From the IMG/VR virus record IMGVR_UViG_3300025407_001359: a DNA stretch of 64,000 nucleotides, one strand, 5' to 3'. The notes under the pieces were generated by a model that did no database searches, had not been told where the DNA came from, and saw only the letters and a list, made by a program, of their open reading frames with translations. This stretch comes from a virus. Both the position numbers and the translations under genes were made by a program. Position 1 is the first letter of the stretch, and the number at the start of each line of letters is the position of its first letter. Positions 1 through 8,523 of this stretch are shown piece after piece.

Positions 1-165
1 CGTCTTACCACTAGTGTTTTGACTTTTGGCGTAAGCTATATGGTTACCGGTAGCCTAGGCGGTTCGGGTAAAATTGCCGGAATCTTGTTTATAGTAAATT
101 CCATCTGGTATTTTACTCACGAACGTTTATGGAACACACGTCAAGTGGGCAAACTTGCCGAATAA
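1..165 (+). CDS. DUF2061-like small membrane protein, 5'-truncated by the window edge
   Basis: Own translation of frame 1: RLTTSVLTFGVSYMVTGSLGGSGKIAGILFIVNSIWYFTHERLWN...*; the hydrophobic helices plus 'Y-x-HER-x-W' are typical of DUF2061. Confidence 0.6.
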   Translation, partial: RLTTSVLTFGVSYMVTGSLGGSGKIAGILFIVNSIWYFTHERLWNTRQVGKLAE

Positions 166-201
166 GTCGACTTTTAATCAACAATACAGTATAATAGCAT
201 T

Positions 202-756
202 ATGGACGTAATGCTCGATTTAGAATCTCTAGGAACCAGACCCGACTGTGCCATTCTCACCTTGGGTGCCGTCAAGTTTGACCCATACGTTGTGGACAGT
301 TTTGGTGCCAGCCTATACTTCCGCATTGATGTTGACGAACAGCTGGCTCTGGGCAGAGAGGTACAAGAGGACACACTACGATGGTGGAGTACTCAAAGTA
401 GTGATGTGTATGACGAAGCATTCAGCGAACGCGATCGGGTTAGCCTAGAATCAATGTACCGACAGTTGAATAAATTTCTAGTGGGTGTGGAAAACATCTG
501 GTGTCAAGGTCCTGCGTTTGACATTGTTATCCTAGAAAATATCTATCGTCAACAGGGCTGGCCCACTCCGTGGCAGTTCTGGCAGATCCGTGATAGTCGT
601 ACCTTGTTTGGTGTACACGGCGATCCAAGAGAAAAGAACAAGGCCGGCTTGCACAATGCTCTAGAAGATTGCATTAGCCAAGCACAAGGCGTACAAGAAA
701 TATATCGCAGTTTAAAGTTAGAGAAAAGAACTTATGCAAATAGTGTGGCATCCTGA
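202..756 (+). CDS. 3'-5' exonuclease, DEDDh family (DUF5051 / RNase AS-like)
   Basis: MLDLESLG (ExoI), GPAFDIVIL (ExoII), HNALEDC (ExoIII). Confidence 0.85.
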   Translation: MDVMLDLESLGTRPDCAILTLGAVKFDPYVVDSFGASLYFRIDVDEQLALGREVQEDTLRWWSTQSSDVYDEAFSERDRVSLESMYRQLNKFLVGVENIWCQGPAFDIVILENIYRQQGWPTPWQFWQIRDSRTLFGVHGDPREKNKAGLHNALEDCISQAQGVQEIYRSLKLEKRTYANSVAS

Positions 757-1063
757 AGCAGTTGAAAAATTACGTGGCGTTCATACTGTGTTGGAATTGG
801 AATCATTCGCAGTCAACGGGGAAATGCTACGAGCCTGGTGCATTGTACCCCCAGAAAAAATTGGTCTTGACGGATTGGCATCTTTGCCGGCGTTGAAAGA
901 TCTACACGCAAAATTGATAGAGGCCTGGAAAGCCAAAGACCTGCGCTTGTGCGAGGACATCATTCCGCATCTAACCGGCAAATTTGGTGGTGAGCTAGAT
1001 TCTTTTTACGAAGAATTAACAAAAAAAATCACAAACATCAAAAATGAATCCGTCAATTCTTAA
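734..1063 (+). CDS. Hypothetical protein resembling the C-terminal domain of CHASE2 adenylate cyclases
   Basis: VLELESFAVNGE...HAKLIEAWKAKDL...FYEEL aligns by eye with VMELDCIAVKGK...HEDFLKLYYAGEW...YYDAM of ORF 12907-14922. Confidence 0.5.
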   Translation: MQIVWHPEAVEKLRGVHTVLELESFAVNGEMLRAWCIVPPEKIGLDGLASLPALKDLHAKLIEAWKAKDLRLCEDIIPHLTGKFGGELDSFYEELTKKITNIKNESVNS

Positions 1064-2192
1064 TTCTGTTTATGGTTACTACAAGGTCGGCGATCAGTAT
1101 TACATAAACAAAACAGAGGCGCTGTACAACGCCACCAAAAACAAACAGTCAGCCGAGTGGCACTTTCACGAAGATGTGTACGGCAAGATAGACTGGAGTT
1201 CAAGACCGGCTGGTACATTGGACGATCTCTATAGAGAACGAGCACAACAAATACGTGACCGATACGACTACATAATTTTGTTGTTCAGTGGTGGTATGGA
1301 TTCGTGGGCAATGCTGGAAGCTTTCTTGATCAATGGAATACACATCGACGAAATAGTCACACGCTGGCCCAGAGCTGAACGCAAGTTTGTCAAAGTCGGT
1401 ACCAATAGAGATCAAATCAATATGGGCAGTGAATATGAATTTGCTGTACACCCAGTTCTGAAGTACGTAGAAAAACATTGTCCTGATACAAAAATTACAG
1501 TAGACGATTTTAGCGAGTGTTTTCACCAAGAGCTGACCGAAGCTGATTTTATGAAGACCAACGGTTGGCAGTTCTTGGCAAACTTTTTCAAGTACAGTCG
1601 CAGTACAGAATCAGAACTGGAACAAGTACGACATCATCGCTCTATTGGATTGATCAGTGGCAGTGAAAAAATACATTTGATGTCCAAGAACAATAATCTG
1701 TATGCGTTCTTTACTGATCAAAGCAATGGCGGGGACAACAACCCAAACAGAAAAATGGAATTTTTTTACTGGTCGGTTGACGCTCCACTAATACCAGTGC
1801 TACAATCTCATTGTATTAAAGATTTTTTAGTAGAACAACAACGGATCAATCCTGAAAAACTAAAACTAATGATAGACGATTGGCGCACAATCTATCAGCA
1901 AGTATGCTATCCTAGATACAGCATTGACACATTCCAAGTTAAAAAACAATTTGGCTCACGTGTTTGGCAAAGTGATGCGTGGACTTATCAATATAGTCCT
2001 ACCTACTACCACAGCTGGAAGTGGCTTACAGATCAATACTTTGACAACATTGATGATCAGTATATTGCAAGATTAAATGATGTACCTACTGCACCCAAAG
2101 GCTCAAACAATATGATAGTGGGGTTAAATCTGTTCAATAGCCCGTTGTATCTAGTGAGTCAAAACACAAATCTCCCCGAGTTCAAACGATAA
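1044..2192 (+). CDS. PP-loop (adenine nucleotide alpha-hydrolase-like) protein of unknown function
   Basis: LLFSGGMDS PP-loop motif; 382 aa. Confidence 0.55.
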   Translation: MNPSILNSVYGYYKVGDQYYINKTEALYNATKNKQSAEWHFHEDVYGKIDWSSRPAGTLDDLYRERAQQIRDRYDYIILLFSGGMDSWAMLEAFLINGIHIDEIVTRWPRAERKFVKVGTNRDQINMGSEYEFAVHPVLKYVEKHCPDTKITVDDFSECFHQELTEADFMKTNGWQFLANFFKYSRSTESELEQVRHHRSIGLISGSEKIHLMSKNNNLYAFFTDQSNGGDNNPNRKMEFFYWSVDAPLIPVLQSHCIKDFLVEQQRINPEKLKLMIDDWRTIYQQVCYPRYSIDTFQVKKQFGSRVWQSDAWTYQYSPTYYHSWKWLTDQYFDNIDDQYIARLNDVPTAPKGSNNMIVGLNLFNSPLYLVSQNTNLPEFKR

Positions 2193-2300
2193 TTACACCC
2201 AGATAATCATTCCTCCTACTTTAGTTAAATACTAATAAGCATTATGGCACCTAGACCATAATAACCCTATAATAAAAATAATAATAAGGGAGTAGGAGCA

Positions 2301-2777
2301 ATGCGTTTTATCAAACAAGCTATCACAGCTTTTCTAACCGCAACCGCATTTTCAGCAGTGGCGACCCCTATTAACGACTACAGTTTCAAAAGCCCAAGCC
2401 TAAACGGGTCTGGATACGGTGCCTTCCAATTGGGCTTGGAAAACGAACAATACACACGACAACAGGCAGTGGCTGCATCAATCAAGGCTGCTGCAGATGC
2501 TGCTGCCGCTGCCGCACAAAACACTCCCTTGCAACAATTTTTAACCAACTTAGAGTCACGAATCTACGCACAAATCAGTCAGAACGTGGCCACCAGTATG
2601 TTCAGCACACCGGGACAAGTACAGCCCGGGCAGATAGCTTTTGGTGCTGGACAAATATCTTGGGGACAGGTAATCTTGCCCGGTGGCGGACAAGGAATAC
2701 AGTTGCACGTGTTTGATGGTATGAATACTACAACTATCAACGTTCCGATGGGACAATTTACTCCGGGTGGCAATTGA
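2301..2777 (+). CDS. csgF: Curli assembly protein CsgF-like
   Basis: Signal peptide, YSFKSPSLNG N-terminal motif, FLTNLESRIYAQIS; directly upstream of csgG. Confidence 0.8.
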   Translation: MRFIKQAITAFLTATAFSAVATPINDYSFKSPSLNGSGYGAFQLGLENEQYTRQQAVAASIKAAADAAAAAAQNTPLQQFLTNLESRIYAQISQNVATSMFSTPGQVQPGQIAFGAGQISWGQVILPGGGQGIQLHVFDGMNTTTINVPMGQFTPGGN

Positions 2778-4063
2778 TGAAACGAATCTTAATTTTATCC
2801 GCTCTCATTTTAGCCCTGTCTGGTTGTGCCGTTAGCCAGAAAGTGGGTATCTTGGAAGAAAAACCCAAGTTGATGAAACAGGAAATGATCAAAGAACTTG
2901 ACTCAGTTCCGCCTCCTGCCAAAGGACGCCTAACTGTAGCAGTCTACAACTTTAGCGACAAGACCGGACAGCGTAAAGCAACCCCAGGTGTGGCCAGTTT
3001 CAGTACAGCAGTCACACAAGGTGGTGATGCACTATTGATACGTGCCTTACAAGACGTAGGACACGGTACTTGGTTTGATGTTGTAGAACGTGGCAACATA
3101 GATGCCTTGACCAAGGAACGCTTGATCATTACACAGATGCGTCAGGCCTATGAAGGTGCCAATGCACAGAAACTGATGCCATTACAGTTTGCCGGTATCA
3201 TCATTGAAGGTGGTATCATTGGCTACGATTCAGGCCTAGAGTCCGGCGGTGTGGGCTACAACTTCTTGGGTATTGGGCCTACCACACAGTATTCAAAAGA
3301 TGTAATTACAATTAGCTTACGTGCTGTGTCGGTAAACACCGGCAAGATACTTGCTACCATTGCTGTGACAAAAACAGTTTACTCAACCGCAGACTCAATC
3401 GCCATATTTAAGAGTGTAGATCCAGGTGGAAGCATAAGCGACCTGGTCAAACAGATAGGTGCACCCAACACTGGCAGTCAAAGTGCCATAGCCGGTATAT
3501 TCCAATTTGAATCTGGCATTACCATCAACGAAGCCACAACCATAGCACTCAAAGCCGCTGTGGAAAGTGCTGTGGTAGAATTGATCAAAGAAGGCGAACG
3601 TAAAGGTGTATGGGAATACAGATATCCATTGACACCTGAACGGGCCTGGTACGACTTTACCAAAGACAAACCACAGCCAACATTGACACCCACACCAGTG
3701 CCGGCTGTTGCAACACCAGTTCAACCTGTAGTGCAAGTTGAAAAAAAGAACAGTTTGATAGACTCTACCCGAGTATATACAAACAAATCAAATTTGAACG
3801 GACCCAGTTATGGCCTATACCATACCTATCCCAAAAATACAGTAGTAACAGTAGTGCCAACAGAGTTTAATGATGTTGTAGAAATAACCACACCCGACGG
3901 TAAACGGGGTTACGTTAAATCTACACAAATTAAAGAAGAAGTATTGTCGCCACGACCATCGACTAACCCGGTCACGGAACCTGCAATTCCGTTGGGCCCA
4001 TCAAAGAAAGAAGATGTTCCGGCAGACCAAGCAGCAAAAGAAGGAGTAATACCGGCGAAGTAG
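2774..4063 (+). CDS. csgG: Curli secretion channel CsgG with Pro-rich linker and C-terminal SH3-like extension
   Basis: Lipobox LSGC; AVYNFSDKTGQRK, STAVTQGG, WFDVVER, IIEGGIIGYD motifs. Confidence 0.92.
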   Translation: MMKRILILSALILALSGCAVSQKVGILEEKPKLMKQEMIKELDSVPPPAKGRLTVAVYNFSDKTGQRKATPGVASFSTAVTQGGDALLIRALQDVGHGTWFDVVERGNIDALTKERLIITQMRQAYEGANAQKLMPLQFAGIIIEGGIIGYDSGLESGGVGYNFLGIGPTTQYSKDVITISLRAVSVNTGKILATIAVTKTVYSTADSIAIFKSVDPGGSISDLVKQIGAPNTGSQSAIAGIFQFESGITINEATTIALKAAVESAVVELIKEGERKGVWEYRYPLTPERAWYDFTKDKPQPTLTPTPVPAVATPVQPVVQVEKKNSLIDSTRVYTNKSNLNGPSYGLYHTYPKNTVVTVVPTEFNDVVEITTPDGKRGYVKSTQIKEEVLSPRPSTNPVTEPAIPLGPSKKEDVPADQAAKEGVIPAK

Positions 4064-4106
4064 TAGGAGTCGCAGGACAAGGGCCAAGGGCCAAGGAAAG
4101 AACAAA

Positions 4107-5033
4107 ATGAAATATAGACTAGCTAAAATAATAACAGTAGTGCTAGGTCTTGTATGTACAGGTGTTTATGCTGCCGACGACAGTATCTACATCAATCAAT
4201 CAGGTAGCAATTCAACTATTAACATGACCCAGAATGGAGCCAGTAACGTGGTTGAAGGAATTCAAGGTACCGGCACGGGAACAACTACACCCGCAATCAT
4301 TACCGGTAACAACAATACTGTGAATGTGAGCCAAGTTGGTAGTGGCAATACTTTGCAGTTGGGGCTTCAGACAGGCACAGCCAACTCGGGTCAAAATACT
4401 GGGTCGGGATCAGGCAATAATTTTACCTATAATGTGACCGGTGACAATGCCACTGCCATTATTAACAGTAATAACGCAGGTACTACAGGTGCCAGCCAAA
4501 GCAACAATATCACTGTTAATCAAACAGGTAATACTGCCAACTTGAATGTTAACCTACTAGGTTCAAACAATAACTTTACAGCAACAACCTCGGGCGGTGC
4601 AAGTAACTCGGTAGTGGCCACTGTAAAAGGATCTGGTACTAACGATCAGATCTCAATGACTGGTGGTGCCAACAACAGCTTGACTTTGAATCAAGGTGTA
4701 AACACTCAAGTGGTAACAGGTACACAAGTCAACGTACAAAGTGTAGGTGCTAACAACACTTATAATTTGAATCAGGACGGTGGTACCAATGGTAACAATA
4801 TCACTATTGGTGGATACAATGCCACAGGTCTTACTGTGAGTGGTGCCGCAGTTGGTAACGGTAACAGTTACACCGTGACGCAATCGGGTAACTATGACAA
4901 CACCTTAATCCTGGGCGTAACTGGTGGTAGCAACACATTTGGTATTACACAAACAGCCACTGGTGGCAACAACGTGACCAATATACAAACAAATGGTAGC
5001 AACAACTCTTGGACTGTACACCAAACACGTTAA
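4107..5033 (+). CDS. Curlin-repeat protein (CsgA/CsgB-like major subunit)
   Basis: Signal peptide then many N-x-I/V-x-I-x-Q-x-G repeats; Asn/Gly/Thr/Gln-rich; follows csgG. Confidence 0.8.
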   Translation: MKYRLAKIITVVLGLVCTGVYAADDSIYINQSGSNSTINMTQNGASNVVEGIQGTGTGTTTPAIITGNNNTVNVSQVGSGNTLQLGLQTGTANSGQNTGSGSGNNFTYNVTGDNATAIINSNNAGTTGASQSNNITVNQTGNTANLNVNLLGSNNNFTATTSGGASNSVVATVKGSGTNDQISMTGGANNSLTLNQGVNTQVVTGTQVNVQSVGANNTYNLNQDGGTNGNNITIGGYNATGLTVSGAAVGNGNSYTVTQSGNYDNTLILGVTGGSNTFGITQTATGGNNVTNIQTNGSNNSWTVHQTR

Positions 5034-5034
5034 T

Positions 5035-5205
5035 ATGGATAGACGTTTTTTAGAGATTATGTATCAACAGTGGCAACAAGGCATGACAGATTATGCCAAC
5101 CGCTGGATAGATTTTGTAGAAATGGCAGCTCGTGTCAATGGAACGACTGCTGATCAAATAATGAAAGAGTTACAAAAATGCAGCTGGTTTATAAAGGGAG
5201 ACTGA
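5035..5205 (+). CDS. Small hypothetical protein (56 aa)
   Basis: ATG 1 nt after the curlin stop; MDRRFLEIMYQQWQQ...; fills the gap to the FecR gene. Confidence 0.5.
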   Translation: MDRRFLEIMYQQWQQGMTDYANRWIDFVEMAARVNGTTADQIMKELQKCSWFIKGD

Positions 5206-6335
5206 TATGGACAGTGGTACTATGCGCCGCCTTTGCCAGTATCTCCACGAATTGCGTAGCCGGAATCGGGACCATAACGGAACAGGTGAACACTCCGGCA
5301 CAGATTCAACGGGCAAAATCCACGTTAACTGGAACCAAGGGCACTCCAGTAGAAATGGCCGACGCAATAAACACAACAAAGGGTAAGGTCGGTATAGTAT
5401 TTGCCGATGAAACCAAGGTACAGGTAAATGAAAATTCAAAACTGGTCATTGACGAATTTGTTTACGACCCAAAAAATAAAGATGCTGGCAAGCTGGCTCT
5501 CAACATGGCCAGCGGAACAGTTCGCTACGCCTCGGGGGCGATTGCTCATAACAATCCTAATAAGGTGGCTATCAACACTCCTACTGCTACCATTGCTGTT
5601 CGCGGTACTGATTTTACTGCTACTGTGGACGAACTGGGTGAATCAACTGTAATTTTATTACCATCGTGTCCAAGAAAAGATCTACTACCAGACGAAATAG
5701 AAAGACTATGTAAGACTGGTCGTATTGATGTTATCAATGATGCCGGTACCGTTACACTGGATCAACCATTCCAAGGTACCAAAGTTACAGCTAGAAACAT
5801 AGCCCCCACAAAACCTGCCGTACTACGCTTAAACGAAGATGGTATCAGCAACATTTTGATCTTGGCACCGCCACAAGAAATCAAAAACGCAATCAAACAA
5901 AGAGAAGAAGAAAAACAACAAGCCGTAACAGCCTTGAGTCAAAACTTCTTGCAGGGTGTTGACTTAGGTAGTGTGCTGGCCGCACAGAACGCAACCTACT
6001 TGAGCAATGCATTAGAACGTAACTTTTTGGATCAAGACTTCTTGGCCAATGTGTTGACCTTGTTGAACGATCAGTTGGCTGCAGAGTTTGGAAACCTGTT
6101 GGCACCAAAAACAAACAGTTTGTTGCCTGATTATAAAAAAGAAACTGGTGTGGTAGCCACGGTTGATCCTATCAGTGTTACACTATGTCGTACAGACTCT
6201 GGCAACAACACCAGCTGCGTTACCACACCGCACGTACAGAATTCAACAGTTACACAGACACAAAGTGAAAATGTGGCTATTAAAAATCGTATCAACGCTG
6301 GTGGCAATACTTACATAAACATAAAGCAGAACTGA
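5178..6335 (+). CDS. FecR-domain periplasmic/secreted protein
   Basis: Signal peptide; INTTKGKVGIVFADETKVQVNENSKLVID and INTPTATIAVRGTDF FecR motifs. Confidence 0.85.
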   Translation: MQLVYKGRLIWTVVLCAAFASISTNCVAGIGTITEQVNTPAQIQRAKSTLTGTKGTPVEMADAINTTKGKVGIVFADETKVQVNENSKLVIDEFVYDPKNKDAGKLALNMASGTVRYASGAIAHNNPNKVAINTPTATIAVRGTDFTATVDELGESTVILLPSCPRKDLLPDEIERLCKTGRIDVINDAGTVTLDQPFQGTKVTARNIAPTKPAVLRLNEDGISNILILAPPQEIKNAIKQREEEKQQAVTALSQNFLQGVDLGSVLAAQNATYLSNALERNFLDQDFLANVLTLLNDQLAAEFGNLLAPKTNSLLPDYKKETGVVATVDPISVTLCRTDSGNNTSCVTTPHVQNSTVTQTQSENVAIKNRINAGGNTYINIKQN

Positions 6336-6336
6336 T

Positions 6337-7809
6337 ATGAAATTTGTTGCCTACCTATTTGTTGCTGTTTTACTTGCCGGACTTGGTCAGTGCAATCGAG
6401 CTCACGCTGCCGGGGTAGCTGGCTGGAACTACACTACCTATTATGCTGGTGGCGCCAGTCCTAGTACAAGTAATAGAACTGTAGATACTACAGGTGTAAC
6501 TACGTCAATCAATTATGACTGGGGCGGCGGTTTAGTTTTAGATAGCAGACTGTATGATGGAGTTATCATACACTTTCAAGGCTACTTGCAAGCACCAACT
6601 ACAGGAACTTATTATTTTGGCATTACCAGCGACGACGGCAATCAGTTAACTATCAACAATACTGTAGTGACTGCCTGTTGGTGCGAACAAGGACCTACAT
6701 TTAGATCGGGCAGTATATATCTCACAGCAGGACAAATAGTACCAGCGGATATTTGGTATTATGAAAACGGTGGCGGTGCCATGGTACAATTTTGGTGGTA
6801 TACCAACGGTAGTTGGCAAATAGTACCTACGTCAATGCTGGCTACCAGTGCCAGTTATTGGGGGCCCAGTGTTACAGGGTATGGCGGTGGAACCGTTACA
6901 ACTACATCAACTTCGGGATCTGTGACATCTACCTACAACCAACCTGTGACCATTACCTACTACAGCGATGGCTCACAAACCACTGCCAACAATGGCGCCG
7001 CTACACTGATCAGTACAACTGACACAGGTGGATCTTCAACCATCACTGGCACACAACAACAGATGGTCAACGCAGTGGCCTCAAGAATGCCTGGCCTGGG
7101 CGACAACAGCATTTATATAAATCAAACTGGCACAGGCGACACCATTAATATTACACAAAAAGGTGCCGGAAACCGTATTGACGGAGCAACAAGTACTGCA
7201 AACGGACCAGGCTACACCACGGCCGCGCCCATCACCGGCGGCGGTAATCACATTACTGTACGACAACAATCAAACAACAACCTAATTGATTTGGCCGCGG
7301 TGGGTGGCAACAATACTCTTAACCTAAATCAAGGCACAGATAGTAACGGTAATTCAACTGGCTTGGATACTGGCGGACACTATCAGTTTGACTATGTGAA
7401 TGGCACAGGCAATAACTTGACAGTAGTTCAGGAAAATACTGCCACTGGCGCCGGGCAATTTTCCAGCGTGGCCATAATAGGCAACTTAAACACCGTGGGC
7501 ATTACACAAACCGGCAACGCCAGAAATCAATTGTTTGCCACAGTATCGGGCAACAGCAACAACATAACCACAACACAAACAGGAACCAGTGCTGGCTACG
7601 TCAACATCAATGCTTCAGGCAATGGTAACTCTGCTGTGGTAACACAATCAAACGCCGGTAGTGGCGGATCTAATAACGCATCAATAACTTTAATAAATGC
7701 AGGAGCACCGGCGTCGGTGAACCTGACACAAACAGGTGGGCAAAACTATTCGGTAACACAAACCTGCGCCACCACCTGTGGTACAGTAACCGTACGTCAA
7801 GGAAACTAA
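6337..7809 (+). CDS. PA14 domain-curlin repeat fusion protein
   Basis: INYDWGGG...FQGYLQAPTTGTYYFGITSDDG...WYYENGGGA (PA14) followed by curlin repeats (DNSIYINQTG..., N-x-L-x-V-x-Q). Confidence 0.8.
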   Translation: MKFVAYLFVAVLLAGLGQCNRAHAAGVAGWNYTTYYAGGASPSTSNRTVDTTGVTTSINYDWGGGLVLDSRLYDGVIIHFQGYLQAPTTGTYYFGITSDDGNQLTINNTVVTACWCEQGPTFRSGSIYLTAGQIVPADIWYYENGGGAMVQFWWYTNGSWQIVPTSMLATSASYWGPSVTGYGGGTVTTTSTSGSVTSTYNQPVTITYYSDGSQTTANNGAATLISTTDTGGSSTITGTQQQMVNAVASRMPGLGDNSIYINQTGTGDTINITQKGAGNRIDGATSTANGPGYTTAAPITGGGNHITVRQQSNNNLIDLAAVGGNNTLNLNQGTDSNGNSTGLDTGGHYQFDYVNGTGNNLTVVQENTATGAGQFSSVAIIGNLNTVGITQTGNARNQLFATVSGNSNNITTTQTGTSAGYVNINASGNGNSAVVTQSNAGSGGSNNASITLINAGAPASVNLTQTGGQNYSVTQTCATTCGTVTVRQGN

Positions 7810-7810
7810 C

Positions 7811-8002
7811 GTGATATCATTTACCGTAAACAAATATCGATACTACGAAGATAATTTAGATGATGTAAGTTTGTATGTGCATGAATGCGGCGGATATTTT
7901 GAAATACAAAGATATGTGGTAGAATTTTATGTGCCAACAGAATATCGAGATTTTATTATGATCAAATATCCATTTTTAGAGGAGGTACCTTATGTTTATT
8001 GA
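7811..8002 (+). CDS. Small hypothetical protein
   Basis: GTG start 1 nt after the upstream stop; 63 aa. Confidence 0.45.
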   Translation: MISFTVNKYRYYEDNLDDVSLYVHECGGYFEIQRYVVEFYVPTEYRDFIMIKYPFLEEVPYVY

Positions 8003-8171
8003 ATTACTGGCTCAAATTGCCGGCGGCTTATTTGGTCTTGCTGTTGCGTATGCAATGCACAGATTTGTTGAAAGACCATACGAACGCAGTACACAAGAAG
8101 CTCGGGTCAAGTACGAAGCCGAAATGGCAGAAATACGTCGTCAAAAAGAACAGTTGCGTAAAGCTAAATAA
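7992..8171 (+). CDS. Small membrane protein (59 aa)
   Basis: Own translation MFIELLAQIAGGLFGLAVAYAMHRFVERPYERSTQEARVKYEAEMAEIRRQKEQLRKAK*; GGAGG RBS at 7981-7985; TM helix plus coiled tail. Confidence 0.65.
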   Translation: MFIELLAQIAGGLFGLAVAYAMHRFVERPYERSTQEARVKYEAEMAEIRRQKEQLRKAK

Positions 8172-8175
8172 GTGT

Positions 8176-8240
8176 GCGGGCACAAGATAAGGTGTCGTGG
8201 GAATCCGTAATCCACGCTAAGGGACCGAAAGGTCCTTTTT
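8176..8240 (+). ncRNA. Candidate ~65-nt structured small RNA
   Basis: TAAATA at 8165-8170; hairpins GGCAC/GTGTC and CGTGGG/TCCACG; 5' GCGGG can pair with loop TCCGT; ends in a terminator. Confidence 0.4.
8219..8240 (+). terminator. Rho-independent terminator
   Basis: AAGGGACC-GAAA-GGTCCTTT followed by T tract. Confidence 0.85.
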
Positions 8241-8319
8241 CTTTGTCACAATTTTCTGGTTGACAACAGCTAAATACTATGTTACAGTTTTATTACAGTA
8301 ACCGAAAGGGAGATAAGCT

Positions 8320-8478
8320 ATGAAACAACGGAAATTAATTTCTCAAGTGTATCAGGCTTGTGTTGACCACGATGCCGAGAAACAGTTTGAACTTCGCAAA
8401 AAAGAGTTCGCCAAAATCTTGAAACACAAGGCCGAAGGCAAACCATTTACACCAAAATGGACAGTAGTACAGATTTAA
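8320..8478 (+). CDS. Small basic hypothetical protein (52 aa)
   Basis: Own translation [52 protein letters not shown]; GGGAG RBS; own promoter (TTGACA-N17-TACAGT with internal TAAATA). Confidence 0.65.
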   Translation: MKQRKLISQVYQACVDHDAEKQFELRKKEFAKILKHKAEGKPFTPKWTVVQI

Positions 8479-8523
8479 TTATACTGTAATACATCAACTA
8501 CCGATTGGGCGGTAAATACGATT

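Noticed and set aside
7999-8190. ORF-track 63-aa ORF (MNYWLKLP...)
   Set aside because: The overlapping frame 7992-8171 has a GGAGG RBS, an ATG start and a sensible TM plus coiled-coil product; the track ORF also runs into the candidate sRNA.
8176-8240. HDV-like/theta ribozyme reading (CUAA after a hairpin)
   Set aside because: There is no upstream P2 partner or P1.1/P3 arrangement; kept only as an unassigned RNA.
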